Position numbers and translations under genes: made by a program. A stretch of 63,652 bases of DNA, filler included, from Thraustochytrium aureum (Eukaryota): assembly GCA_012862495.1 (NCBI GenBank). It is 4 parts of 2 records of this genome, joined end to end, with 100 filler letters (N's around TTAATTAATTAA, not from the genome) between each part and the next. Parts side by side here need not be neighbours in the genome. Positions count along the whole stretch, not along the records: positions 34,651 to 49,736 come from BLSG01000314.1; positions 49,837 to 63,652 come from BLSG01000314.1; 2 more parts are not named here. One strand, given 5' to 3'. Numbering within the stretch: position 1 is the first letter of the stretch; each line of letters begins with the position of its first letter. The notes under the pieces are model-generated. The model was not told the origin of the DNA, made no database searches, and saw only the letters and a list, made by a program, of their open reading frames with translations. Of this stretch, positions 46,833 to 59,235 are shown piece after piece.

Positions 46833-48950
46833 CTAAGCGTCCTTCTCGAGCCGCACGCCGCGGAAAACAGCCCGGTTTGCAGAGAGCTTCATGCCCAACT
46901 TGAAGCCAGCCTCCAGGTATCGGCCCTGGTGCGCCTCCGAGTAGGCCCTGCTCAGCTCGCGGACAAGGTCCGTCTTCTTGAACCCGTAGTGCGTGTAGTT
47001 CTCCACGGGCTCCCCCGCGTCGCGGCCCCGCGTGCTCCTCTGGTGCGCCAGGAAGAGCTCGTGCAACCTGTCCATCGTCGAGCTCTTGAGAGGCCGCGTC
47101 ACAGCAAAGTCGCACAGGCCGTCCACTAGCTGGGCCGTCGTTGGGGCGCGCACGACGCCCTCCTCCAGGTTGTCGCGAGCAACAGATCCCATTGGGAGCA
47201 GCGAAATCGCGAGGGTGCAACCCCGCTCGTGCGAGGCGGCGACGCGCCGCGCATGGCTCACAATGCCTCGCGCCTGCGCCGCGTCCATGTCCGAGTCGAT
47301 GAGCACGAGGCCGTAGAATGTCACCGCGTTTGCGCTCTTGATGCCGGCACGGAACTTGATGTGCGCCGCCGCATCGCGGGCCGAGATGGCCAGTTCCGAC
47401 TCGTAGCTGAGTCGCCGCAGGAGCTTTTCCATCTGCAGCTGGGACCGGAACTTGGTCGGCTCGACAAGCAGGAGCCGAGGCGGGCTGTCCTCCCGCACGA
47501 TGTTGATGGACCGTGCTCCCATGATGCTGGCCTTAACGAGGCGCCCGCTGTGGAAGACGAGGTAGGCTGGCAGCGTGTGAACGCCAAACCTGTCGGTCAG
47601 GTAGCGCGAGTGGGCCATGGCAAACTGGTAGACCTCGCACGGCGGCAAGCCGCCGGGCTCGTCTGCGCTAGCGCCTTCGCTCCCCCCCCCCACTGGCCCC
47701 GGTGCTGCCCCCATCGCGTTGGTTGCTTGACGCAGAACCCCTCGGGCCCGACCCAAGGTCGGCATGGAGCATCTCGAATAGTTGGCGCGCTCGTACGCAC
47801 AGAAGGTCGTCCTCGCGCAGGCAGACGACGACCACGAGGCGGTCCCCCGCCCCGCCGACCGCTTCGTCAAAGCTCTTTGGCACAAGCGTTGGAAGCTTTT
47901 TCATGTCCTGGACGTCAACGTGCACCGGCAAGCTCGTCGAGTACCGTCCGCTGGCGCTCCTGAGCACCTTTGTCCGCTGGAGGACCGGGTTGGCTGCCCT
48001 AGCTTGAATGCGGACTTGCAGCTCTGATGGCCACGTTTCGGGCAGCGGCTCAGCCATCCGGATCCGGTCGCTGGCGTCTTCGATGGCATTTCGCGAAATC
48101 ACTCCTCCAAGCTCGGCGCGCTCAGGCGTCTCGCCCGTTTCCTGGCCGGTCTCGTAGATTCGCGGTATTTCCAGCATCGTCTTGTTGAAGGCCGCGGACT
48201 TCCACTCGGGGTCGAGAAACGTGTCGCTGTAGTTTGCCTCGCGTACCTTGGTCTCCCAGGGCGCGAGGTGTGTCTCTAACGAGTGCATCATTTGCTTCAC
48301 CTGCTCGTTGTGCCGGATATTGTCGCTGCAGGGCCGGTTCAGGTTGCGCAGATACGTGAGCCGCTCTGCGAGCTCGTTTTGGCGGTCTTGCAGCGTCTTG
48401 AACGGGATGTTGGGAACCACGCGCTCGCCGACCCGCGAGCAGTCGTCTAGGTATGTGGTGGTGCGCCGTAGCTGCTCTCCGCAGGCGAATTCTCGCGACA
48501 CGGTCTCACAGAGAAACGCGACAGAAATGTCTGCGCGCGACCGGAAGGTCAGCGCCAAGTTGTCGTTCATGCGCACCACAAGCGGGAGAAGAGGGAGCTC
48601 GCCAGCGTCTTGGGCGCGCCGGTCCCACTTCCACACGTTTAGGATGCTGCCCGCGTTGTTCGAAAGAGTGCCGCCGAGCCGCGTCGAAACGAACCGCAGC
48701 CCTTCCGGGTCGTCCGAGCTATTCGCTGCGCCGCCTACCACATGCTCGTCCAGCGAGCCCAGCAAAGTGCCAGCTTTGTCGTCATCGTAAAAGTAGTGCT
48801 GGTACTTGACTCCGTTCTCTGTCGTGGAGCTCGCCACGACCACGGCGACCTTTCCACTTGGATAGTAAACCTGCCCGGAGCCCTCGTCGTTGAACAGAAA
48901 TGCGCGCTGCCCGTTTGGTAGACCACCTGCTGCTCGGCCGCGCCATCCAT
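46833..48950 (-). CDS. FAM194/ERICH6-like domain + thioredoxin-like + receiver-like domain protein; frameshifts ~48917 and ~47685
   Basis: The repaired start MDGAAEQQVVYPNGQRAFLFNDEGSGQVYYPSGKVAV is FAM194-like. LTDRFGVHTLPAYLVFHSGRLV resembles the end of a Trx fold. RLLLVE...LVLIDSDM...AVTRPL is REC-like. Confidence 0.65.
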
Positions 48951-49518
48951 GGCGACTTGACCCCTCTAGAGAACCCCTTCTGCCTGCAGGCGCGCGTGTG
49001 CTTCTTGCTGCGACGAAGTGCCGGACCACGTGCCGGACGCCGTGGCGGCCTCGCCCCACGAGTGCCAACGAGTCCCGGCGACCGAGCGAGCACGCCGCCA
49101 GCCAGCACAGCCACGTCCAGCCAATCCTCAAGCCACGCGTGGAGGCCCGCGGCAGATCGCGCTGCTCTCGTCTCTGCCGATGCAGAGCCAACTCGACGTC
49201 CATCCACATCGAGCATCCACATCGAGCATCGCAAGAACGGCTCTCCATCCCGCTCTACCGATATAGAGGGTCGATTTGAACGCCAGAACAGATGCGCTCG
49301 CGGCGAGAGCAGAGCCCAAGCGACCCCGGGCCTGCGCCGCGCGGGCCGACGGGCTCCACGGACGCGACCCGCACCCGGCGAGAGGCTTGCAACGCCCTGA
49401 ACGTCCTGCTGCGAGTCTTGTCCGTTGGGCCCTCGTCAAGCGCCGCCGCGGCGGTCGAGCTGTGCTGGGGTTGGTGCGCGCCTTTCGAAACGGCAAGAGG
49501 CCCGGCCTGGCCTGCCTC

Positions 49519-49736
49519 ATGACGTCGCCGGCGGCCGAGCTCGGCGACGGGCTGGCCAGTGGGCTGCTCACGCATCTGGAGCGCCTGCAGAGCCAGTCGA
49601 AGGCCCTGCTTGAGTCGCAGGCTGCGGCGCTCGAGAGGTTCGAGCGGAAACGCGAGCTGCGCGAAAGCCTCAAGCTCGCGCTGCAAGGCCAGGCCAGGCT
49701 GGAGAGGGAGCGGATTGGCGAGCTGCACCGGGCTGG
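49519..49736 (+). CDS. Short coiled-coil protein fragment (possibly BLOC-1/Snapin-like), truncated by the spacer
   Basis: MTSPAAELGDGLASGLLTHLERLQSQSKALLESQAAALERFE has a heptad pattern. The family call is weak. Confidence 0.35.
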
Positions 49737-49836
49737 NNNNNNNNNNNNNNNNNNNNNNNNNNNNNNNNNNNNNNNNNNNNTTAATTAATTAANNNNNNNN
49801 NNNNNNNNNNNNNNNNNNNNNNNNNNNNNNNNNNNN
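49737..49836. other. Artificial contig-join spacer
   Basis: N44-TTAATTAATTAA-N44. Confidence 0.95.
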
Positions 49837-50156
49837 TCGCTCCACCTTGGCCGCCTTTCTCTTGGGCGAACGAGAGTCGAGCAGTCACGACGAGCAGCAG
49901 ACACCGAACGCGAGGCAGCAGGCAACGCGCAGAGCGGCCTGCGTGGGCGGGGCAGGGCACGGCGAGGGCACTGAGCGAGTTGGCGCGCGCTGCGAGGTCG
50001 TCCTGGTGCACGCTGCGGCCGGTGCGTGCGTGCGTGCATGCGTGCGCGCGTGCGTGCGTGCGGGTGAGTGGGCGAGACGGCTTGTTCTGGAACGAGTGGG
50101 ACGCAAGGTGGGCGAGTTGCGGATACAGTAGGTACGCTGCGCGCAGAGAAGAGGCG

Positions 50157-51914
50157 ATGGACGAGCAGGAAGTCGGCATGGAGGGCGTGGCCGCGAAAGA
50201 TGCCGCTGCTGAGGAACGGGACGCGGCTGGCGAGCGCGGCGCCGATGACATGGAGACGGAGCGCGGCGGCAACCCCGCAAACGAAGGCGAGCCGGAAAAG
50301 GGCATCTCGAGCGAGGACGCCCAAGCCAACGGGCAGGCCAATGGCGGTGCTCGAGCGGACGACGCTGAAATGGACGCCGAGGACGACGGCGACAGCATCG
50401 AGCAAGTCGAGCCCAAGGAAGACCTGGCCGCACTCGCAGTCAAGCACAAAGAGGACGGGAACCGAAAGTACAAAGAGAAGGACTACTTTGGCGCCATCGA
50501 CAGCTACAACGAAGCAATCAAAGCAGACCCTGAGAACAGCGCCTACTACAACAATCGCGCCGCCGCAGAAATGATGGTCGGGCTGACGAGGAACTCGATC
50601 AAGTCCCTCCAACGCTGCCTTGAGCTCGACCCGAGCAACGTCAAAGCGATGATCCGGCTCGGCAAATCCGAGCTCAAGATGGGCCGTGCCGAGGAGGCCC
50701 TCAATTGGTTCAAAAAGGCGCTGGAGCTGGATCCGACCAACAGTTCTGCATTCACCGAAAAGAAGGACGCCGACCTGCTTTTCCAGCGAATCAAGGCCGC
50801 GCGCGCCGCGCTACAGACCGGAAACTTTCAGCACGCACTTGCGCTGGCGCAGGCGGGTCTGCGCCAGGCGCCAGAGTGCAGAGAGCTGTCGCTCATCCGC
50901 GCTCGCGGGCTGATCGCGGCCGGCGACTACGATCAGGCGTACAGCCTGACGACCAAGCTGATGCGCGAGGACCAAAACGACGCGCAGCTTCTCGAGTACC
51001 GCGCCAAGTGCCTCTACTTTCAGGAGAACTTTGCCAACGCGATCCGCCACCTCCAGCAGGCACTCCAGCTGGACCCCGACAACAAGGAGGCCCAGAGCGA
51101 GATCCGCAAGATCCGCAAGCTAGAGCGCCTCAAGGAGACCGGCAACGCGGCGTTCAAGGCGGGCAACTTCCCGGCCGCGATCGAGGCGTACACCGAGTGC
51201 GCCGCCATCGACCCGGAAAATAAACTGTTCTGTGCCAAGCTCTACAACAACAGGGCCACTGCTCTGCAAAAGATCGGCAAGCTCGAGGAGGCGCTGGCCG
51301 ACTGCGAAGAGGCCGTCAAGCTCAACCCAGAGTACGGCAAGGCGTACCTGCGGCAGGCCGCCTGCTTGCGGGCGCTCGGCGGCAAGGAGCGCCTCGAGCG
51401 TGCGATGCACTGCTACAGCGAGGCCGAGCGCATTCTTGGTCGTTCCTCCGACATCAACCAGCAGGTTCGTGAAACCAAGGTTGAGCTGAAGAAGGCCAAG
51501 CGAAAGGACTATTACGCGATCCTGGGCCTCGAGCGCAAAGAGGCCTCCACCGAAGCGGAGATCAAAAAGGCCTACAAAAAGTCTGCCCTCAAGTGGCACC
51601 CGGACCGGCACGCTGGCGCCACAGAGGAGGACCGGAACAAGGCCGAGTCCAACTTCAAGGACGTCGGCGAGGCCTACGAGGTCCTCTCCGATCCGGAAAA
51701 GCGTCGCAAGTACGACTCGGGCCAGACCTTGGAGGAGATTGAGCAGGGCGTGCCCAACATGGGGGGCCACGACCCCAACGAAATCTTCCAGATGTTTTTC
51801 GGTGGCGGAGGGGGGATGGGCGGCATGGGCGGCGGCCACGGGTTTCGTCACGGCGGCGGTGGCGGCGGCGGCGGCTTCCACCACGGTGGCGGCGGCGGCT
51901 TCCACTATGGCTGA
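50157..51914 (+). CDS. DNAJC7: DnaJ homolog subfamily C member 7 (TPR + J domain)
   Basis: Multiple TPRs (KEDGNRKYK...[18 protein letters not shown]...LYNNRA). [37 protein letters not shown]-rich tail. Confidence 0.93.
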   Translation: MDEQEVGMEGVAAKDAAAEERDAAGERGADDMETERGGNPANEGEPEKGISSEDAQANGQANGGARADDAEMDAEDDGDSIEQVEPKEDLAALAVKHKEDGNRKYKEKDYFGAIDSYNEAIKADPENSAYYNNRAAAEMMVGLTRNSIKSLQRCLELDPSNVKAMIRLGKSELKMGRAEEALNWFKKALELDPTNSSAFTEKKDADLLFQRIKAARAALQTGNFQHALALAQAGLRQAPECRELSLIRARGLIAAGDYDQAYSLTTKLMREDQNDAQLLEYRAKCLYFQENFANAIRHLQQALQLDPDNKEAQSEIRKIRKLERLKETGNAAFKAGNFPAAIEAYTECAAIDPENKLFCAKLYNNRATALQKIGKLEEALADCEEAVKLNPEYGKAYLRQAACLRALGGKERLERAMHCYSEAERILGRSSDINQQVRETKVELKKAKRKDYYAILGLERKEASTEAEIKKAYKKSALKWHPDRHAGATEEDRNKAESNFKDVGEAYEVLSDPEKRRKYDSGQTLEEIEQGVPNMGGHDPNEIFQMFFGGGGGMGGMGGGHGFRHGGGGGGGGFHHGGGGGFHYG

Positions 51915-52659
51915 GCGGGCGGCCGCGCGTGGTCCGGCTCTGGCGGAGGAACTGCCTCGCTTGAACGCGTGTCGCCGTGGCGTTTGCGCGCGCGAGGGAG
52001 CGTCAGCTTCTGCCGCGGTCTAGTCGGAGGGAGAAGGGTGAGGGGGGAGAGAGAGATTGTGTGTTTGTCGCGGGGGTTTGGGGTGGGCGCGGGCTTGCAG
52101 TAGACGCAGAGCCGCCGCCGCCCAGATTCGCACAAGCGAGGACAGTCCTGATTGGTATTGCGTTTTGGGTCACTTCCTCATGCACCACTCGTGTGAGCGA
52201 TGAAGCGCCGCGCTTGGAATCGCCTCCTGATTTCTACATTTCGTTCTCCGAGGCGAGCGCGGCTGTGGCAGGAGTTTCGACCGCGTTGTTGTTTCCGCAC
52301 GGGCAGCGGAAAAAGTGCTNNNNNNNNNNNNNNNNNNNNNNNNNNNNNNNNNNNNNNNNNNNNNNNNNNNNNNNNNNNNNNNNNNNNNNNNNNNNNNNNN
52401 NNNNNNNNNNNNNNNNNNNNNNNNNNNNNNNNNNNNNNNNNNNNNNNNNNNNNNNNNNNNNNNNNNNNNNNNNNNNNNNNNNNNNNNNNNNNNNNNNNNN
52501 NNNNNNNNNNNNNCCGCGTGGCTTCGCGCGCCAAGTCAGGTGCAGTGCTCTCAGGTGTGAGCACGTGCCCGCCTCGAGAGAGACAGCCGGCCGGCAGCGC
52601 GGTGTCTCTGTTGGCAAGGGCAAGTTGTTGGTCAGGTCGCGGCAAGCGGGGCAAAGCCC

Positions 52660-53728
52660 TCACTTGCTCGACGTGGGCGTCGCCGCAGCGGTGAGTCCTG
52701 TGAGCGCGCGCGCAGCAGCAAGCGAGGCGAGCCAGTCCAGGTCCGTTACAGCGCTCACGCCGGCGAGACCCCCCATGGCCGTCGCCGTCGGCGTGGTTGC
52801 CTTGTCCGATTTCTGGAACTGGCCCATGGAGAAACGCGAAGTGGACGTCAGCGCCTCGAGGCGCGACTTCCAGGTTGTTGGCGTGAGGGCTCCCTCGTTT
52901 GACTGCGGTACAATCGAAGCCAAATCGAGGAGAGTGATCGCGGAGCGGGCCTTCTTCCGAGAAGGCCCCTCTCGTCGGCGGCGGCGATCTGGCCGAACGA
53001 GCTGCTCGAGAGAGGCGTAGGAGGTGCCTCCGTCGCCGTGCTCTCCCCCGACACGCGCGAGAGGACCGAGAGCAGGCTCGAGGTCCGCTTGCGCATCGAC
53101 TCGATGTCGCTGGGGAGCCGCATGATTGGCACTGGGGATTCAGATGCGAGCGAAGCGATGGATGTTGCGGGCGACGCAGAGCGAGGCGTGCCCATCCGCG
53201 AGCACGGGGTCGCGCCCCCTTTTGCTCGAGGGCAAGCTTGGCATTCCAGCGGTTCTTCACAGCGTTCTCGGTGCGGCCAGGGAGGTGTCGGGCGATCTGC
53301 GCCCAGCGGTTGCCCATCTCAAGCCGAAGCCGCACAATGAGCTCGTCCTCCTCGGCGCTCCAGGGCTCCTTCTTGACGTCACCGCGGAGATGGTTTTGCC
53401 AGCGCTCGCGGCACTGCTTTCCGTTGCGGCCAGGGACTGCCTCTGCGATGCGGGACCACTTGCCGGGGCCAATTTTCTTCACCGCGTTGTTGAGCTGCTC
53501 GTCCTCCTCGGCGCTCCATGGTCCCTTCTTGATGTTGGGGTTGAGGACCTTTTGGAACCTGTGCGCGCACTGCGCCCGCGTCCTGTTTGGCAGGTTGGCG
53601 GCGACCGCCTTCCAGTTCTTGCCGTTGTACTGCGCCACAGCTTTGAGCAGAATCGCGTCCTCAGTCGGGCTCCATGCCAAGCGCGTACCCCCAGGCGTAG
53701 ACGGCAGCTCCATCATGTTGGCGTCCAT
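52660..53728 (-). CDS. Three-repeat (R1R2R3) MYB transcription factor; frameshifts ~53215 and ~52965
   Basis: Three MYB repeats: WSPTED..., KKGPWSAEED...GRNGKQCRERWQNHL, KKEPWSAEED...GRTENAVKNRWN. S/T/P-rich C-terminus in the alternative frames. Confidence 0.9.
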
Positions 53729-55148
53729 TGCGCTTGCTTGGTGATCGAAGCACGTGCAGGTTGAATAAAGGCTCGCGGGCGCGTCGACTTGCTGGTGCTG
53801 CGAACTCGAGCGGTTGAGGATAGGCCGAGGCTTGGTGGTGTGTGCGTTTGCGCCGCGGCGGCGGATCAGGTCGTTGTTGTACACGTCGCTGTCCGTCACG
53901 CTCCAGGTGTGGCGGGCAAGGCGGGTGGGGGGATGATGTGAAAGTGATTGGGTGTTTGCTGCCCGCTGCGCTGCAGGCCTGCGAGCCTCTGCCTCTGCCT
54001 TTGATCGGGCGCTTGATATGGTGCATGCACGTATGCGTTGCTTTGCTCGTTTTGATTCAATTGCTGGCGCACTCGCCTCTCAGAGAGCCTAGGAACGGTC
54101 AATGAGCGGTGGCCAACTGATAGCCGCCACCTTACCCGAACGAGGACCGTCCTCTTCGCACCACTCGTGCCGGAACTATTTTGCGCTTGCAAACCCGAGC
54201 GCCCGCCAGCCAAACGAACCTATTTCAGCTTCTAAGCGCATGCACGAGGTAAACGGCGCCACGGCCAGCTCGCCACTTTGGCTGTCCGATAAGCAGCCGC
54301 GCATTCGCGGCCAAAATGTATCCGCTGGAGGGCCGCCGCCCATTTGAATTTCGCTATCCTATCGCGAAAAAGCGCGCGACAATCAATACTAAAAAAACAG
54401 CAAAGTAAAACCACGCAATGCAGCACAGCTAGCGTAACATTCGTGTGGACGTCTGCGCGGCGGTCGGCCAAACGCTGAATGACCGTTCATCTCCGAGCGC
54501 CAACCTGCTCAGAACGGTCGAAAAGGTCGTTTAGCGTGTGCACTGCGCAGCACCTAGGCCGGGCAACGGTCAGGCGCATGGCCGTTCGCTGGCCGCCGGC
54601 CGCGTCTACAATGGCTTTCAGACGCGAAAGGCGTGCAGGTCTATCACATTTGCTCTGCCAACGGATCGTTCTCCCAACGGATCTTGCTCCTGGCCGGTGG
54701 GATACGGCCGTGCGCGCCTCGCAGGACATGATGCGCCAACACGGCACGACAGCAGTTGAGAGAGCACTCCACTGGCCGGATGCATTTCAGCTCGCGTTTG
54801 GTCGCGGCAAGTCTGAGGCGAGATTGATAGATAATCCATGTGGTTGGTGGTGTTACTCTACGTACTTAGCGCTAAAAGACGGGAGGTGCGACCTCAAAAG
54901 CGAGAGTTTTGGACCAGAATCAGATCTGACGAAGGATGTCGATCTTCGAGGGCGCGAGCGACTCTGTTGGCACCGTGCGAGAGATTGATTGAGATAGGCA
55001 AGGAGCAGCGCTTGACGGGCACAGGGCGAGCACCGCTCTGAGATGGCCGAGCCCGAGAGAAAATAAACTCGGCTCTTTACATTGCTGCTACCTGTAGCTC
55101 TCCAAAGCGCGACACAACTTGGCGGCGGCAGAAAAACGCCCCCCACCC

Positions 55149-58100
55149 TCAAAGCTGGGCCTCGTCCTGCAGACGAGAGATGAGCCCCGCAAGAACGGCC
55201 TCGCGAGCGTCCGGGTCGCGCAAACGCGCAAGAATACCGTAAACTGCCTCTGCCGCTGCGTCGACCACCTCGGTGATGGACTCCAAGCTTTCACACGCTG
55301 GCTGCGTGGGCCCATGCAAGTCAGCTGCGGCCTCGTCGTTGTCAGCATGCGCGTCGACAGGCTCGGGGCCGGCGTGTGGGCTAGCACTCTCCGCGTCAAA
55401 AAAGGTCTCATTGTCCTCGTCGCGTTCATAGTCGTCGTCGCGATCGACGCCTTCGTCGCCGTCGCTCTCGCCGTCGCTCTCGCCGTCGTGGTCGGCGCGT
55501 TTCACCCCAAGCGCAGACGGCGTTGCGCCGGCTGGCGCTGCTGCAGCCAACGACTTTCGTCGCGTTCTCAGGGCCGTTCCCGCTGGATCCTCGGTATTTG
55601 TTTCAGGCAGGGCATTCTGTGCCTCAACGCGCTGTGTGCGAGATTCCCCAGACACTGCAGAATGCGGCGATTCGTCGCGCGACCGCGGCGCGGGTTCCTT
55701 TGCCGCCTGAGATCCGGGCCCTCCTCTGCCCGCTGGGCGAACCACGACATGAGCGTCGCGTCGCGCGGCGGCGCCGTCGGCGTTTCGAGCCGATTCGGTA
55801 CCGGACCCGTGCTCGGAACGTTGAGCGGCGCTGTGTCCAGCATTTCCGGCTCGGTCTGGCCCTTGAGCGCCATCGCTTCATGGTGCTCGAAAAACGCAGC
55901 AAGAGAGTGCAGCGCGCTGGTCGCCGTTGGGGGCACCGACACGTGCCCGCGCATCCACTTGGACAAACTTCCAGAGATCGACTTTTGCGAGAACCGGTGG
56001 TCGAGGAACACAACCGCGCCAAAGTCATTCTTGTGCCGAATGCAGCGCCCGACGGCCTGGTTGAGCGCCCGAAACGCTTGCTGCGCGTACCACTCTCGGC
56101 CAGTCAGCGGGCCGCCGGTCTCGTCCGGGAGCGCTCGACTCGCCGCTTGGTCTTGGTACTCTCGCTTGAGCTGGACCCGCAGGTCGTGTAGGTTCGGGTA
56201 CGGTATGCCCACGATGAACACTGCTCGCGCGCTGCGGTCACTAAAGTCGATGCCCTCTGACAGCTTGCCGCGGAACACGCAGAGGAAGAGGGCGCCCCTA
56301 CGAGTCTGCACCGCGCCGCGAAACTGCTCGAGCTTTGCATCGAACGCTGCCGCGTCCTCGGCGTCTGCCGCAGCCTCCTCAGCGCCCTCGAGGAGCACAA
56401 GTGGCTTTGCGGCAACGAGGCGGCGCCAGAGGCCGGCGTCCTTCCACCGGCTGACGCACGCGCGCAAGAACGAGTAGGAGGGAAAAAGCACAGGGCGCCG
56501 TGCGGCACGTGCTCCAGGCAGGCCGCCAGCGTCGCCCCGAGCGAGTCCAAGTAGAGCGTGTTGCTCTTGTTCGAATAGGTGCACTCAAGCATCGTCACAG
56601 GCGCGGCCTCGTTCGTGACCACGCCGTGCGTGATGACGCCAGCCCAGAGCTGCCGCGCAGGGTTGATCACGTGGGTAGCCTCCAGCGTGAACCGAAACGG
56701 GACGCCAAGGTCTCGCGCGAACGAGGAGAGAGGCGAGAGCGTCCCGCTGGTGAGCACCACGGATCGGCACTTGTCGGCGAGCGACGAGAACGCAATCGAG
56801 GGCGTGAGGCACCACACGTGCAGGAGAACCTGACCGTGCGGGTCACCGCCCGGGGCGTCGGTTTTGGATTCCCCTTGCGCTCCAGCCGGCCGTCTGCGCC
56901 TCCCCCCCGCCTCCCGAGGCGGCGCCACGCGCTCAACGACAACCTTGTAGTCCCTCGCAAACCGCCGTCCGTCCGAGCACATAAACTCGAACGCGGTGAG
57001 GAAGGCCTCGAGAAGCTTTTTGGGTCCGGGCCCCAGAATTGCCAGAGTCTCCGCGGCCTCCCCGCCGCCTTGGCCCTCGGTCCCATCCTCGCCTCTGGCA
57101 GCCTCGTTTAGGAGGCCACGCAGCACAGCCGCGGACTGCGGGCCCAAGCCCGCCGCGTCCTGCCAGCTCACAAGCGCCTCTGGCCCAGAGAAAATCAGCT
57201 TGCCGTCGCGCTGGACCCGGTCCGTGGCTGCCACTCGCTTGATCCACCCCGCGAGGTTTGCCGCAAATTCGTGCAGCGCGCGAAAGGCGTGCTTCTTGGT
57301 GAGACTGCGCTCCTCGAGGTCCGCGATTTGCTCTCGCGCCTCCTCGAGCCGCGACAGGGTGAGCTCGGCAGAGGCCGCGTCACGGGCCACGTCGTCGATG
57401 TTGTGCGCCTCGTCGATGACAACGACCGCGCCGTCCACCAGCGCGTCGATGCCCATCGCGCTGCGGATGATAGGGTCGATCAGGTAGTTGTATGGGCAGA
57501 ACACAAGCGTGGCCTTCGCCTCGGTGGCAAGGCCGCGCGCGCAATAGTAGGGGCACGACTTGTGCGCCTGCCCCGCCTCCACAAGGTCCTCGACGTCCCA
57601 GATCTGCCCCGGGACCTTGTGCTCGAGCGCTGTCGCCGTCCCAGAGAACTTGTAGAAGCGGCAGCCCGGCCCTTCGCTGAGGAGCCTCTGGCACTCTTCG
57701 TTCCGTGCGCCGGTGTGAGCAAATTTTTTCTTGCGAACAACGCTCGGATTGACGCAGTACTGCGCCCGGGAGCCGAGGATGGTCATGCGCACGCTTGGGT
57801 GAGCCTGCCGGGGCACTTTTTAAGCTCGCCCACGACTTGTGCAAGCTGCGAGTGTGTCCGCGATGCGAAGAAAACTGTGTGCCTGTGCACCGGGGGTCGC
57901 TTGGCCCGCTTCGCCGCCATGAGGTCGTCTTCGTCGCCGGCAGCCTTGCTCAGGTGGAACGCAGGGGGAGCAGACTGGCCGGCGACAGAGTGGATTGGGC
58001 AAACCTGCCGCTTGGCTGTTCCCGGGTCTTGCTCCACCGCCGCAGCAGCGGAAAGTCGCTTGGTCCGCTTCCGCCTTGGTGGCGTCTCAAAGTCCTCGTC

Positions 58101-58657
58101 CTCGTCCTCCTCCTCTTGCTCGTCCTCCGCTGCCAGGCCAGCGCGCATTCCGTGCTGCTCAGCGTGCGTGGCGGAGCCTTGGGCGGGCGGAGGGGTGGAG
58201 CCCTCATACACCGAGCTGCTTTTCCTCTCGCCAGTGCTGCCAAAGTATTTGCTTTGCCCTGGGCTGTCAGACGTCGCGCAAGTGCAAGACGCGTCCGTCT
58301 CGGGCTCGTATCGCAGTTCGTAGAGCTTTAGGCCGCGGTCAGTTTGCTCTACGTCTTCAGCCTCCTCGAGCGCTCTCCGCCGCTCCAAGTCGTTTTCATA
58401 AGTGCTCTGCTGCCAGCTCAGGCCGAGCTGAGCAGCGCCAGCGTCTTGCCGCTGCCGGTTGGCGACTCGAGCAGGGCGTTCTCGCACTTACTCAGCGCCT
58501 GGATGGCCTTTGCCATCAGGGCAAGCTGCTGCGGAAAGGGCCTCTTTCCGCCGGGGAACACGACGTCCACGCCGCCGATCTTGAGCACCTTGCCGGTTGA
58601 GGCGCCGGCGAGCTGCGGCGGCGCGCCAACGGCCTCCGCAGCGCCAGAGCCGGCCAT
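55149..58657 (-). CDS. FANCJ: Fe-S cluster XPD-family DNA helicase, FANCJ/BRIP1-like; frameshifts ~58422, ~57810, ~56480, ~55705
   Basis: IGGVDVVFP..PFPQQ, ALLESPTGSGKTLALL, ASRTHSQLAQVV.EL, CPYY, CPYNYLIDP.IR, DEAHNI, LTSGTLSP, RGKLSEGIDF, QAFRALNQAVGRCIRHKNDFG. Confidence 0.82.
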
Positions 58658-58899
58658 TTCGCCGGCGAAGCAACCTGTGGCCGGCACGCGAGCAAGGTTC
58701 CGCCGCCCGCCAGGGAGCTGCGCGTTCCGCGGCGCGCCGGGCACCCGTCCTGCGCGCGGGAGCGTCGAGCGCGTGCCCCAAGGCTGCGTTGCAGCTCTGC
58801 AGCAAAGGCGCTGCTTGCTTCCGAGTCGGGCAACCCAGTTCAATGCAATTCAAAAATCAAAAACGTATCGTGCTACTTGGCTATAGAATGCTGACGAGC

Positions 58900-58970
58900 T
58901 TCCAGCCAGCAAGCCATCCATCCAGCCAGCGAGCCAGCCAGCGAGCCAGCCAGCGAGCCAGCCAGCCAGC
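58900..58970. repeat. (GCCA)n / (GAGCCAGCCAGC)n microsatellite
   Basis: Tandem gccagccagcga units visible. Confidence 0.85.
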
Positions 58971-59235
58971 CATGCATGCGCCGCTGCGAAAGCCCGGGGC
59001 GGAAACGACATCGCAGCCGAGCCGGTACTGCACGCATCGGGAGCCAGCTGCGCGTCTCGTCGAAAACACCGCTCGCAAGTTGCAACGGTCTGCCGACGTG
59101 TAGATGCGGGAAGGCCAGGGGTTTAGAATGAATGGAAGGGTACAATCTCGGCGGGCCCCCGCGCCCGTGCGCGGGCCTCGTCCCGTCCCGCAAACCAGGA
59201 GGACCCAAAGCGGCCATCGAGCTCGGCGGAAGCTC

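Noticed and set aside
54479..54988. 169-aa ORF or ncRNA in the MYB-FANCJ intergenic region
   Set aside because: No recognisable motif, no strong GC3 bias, and no tRNA or snRNA hallmarks seen.
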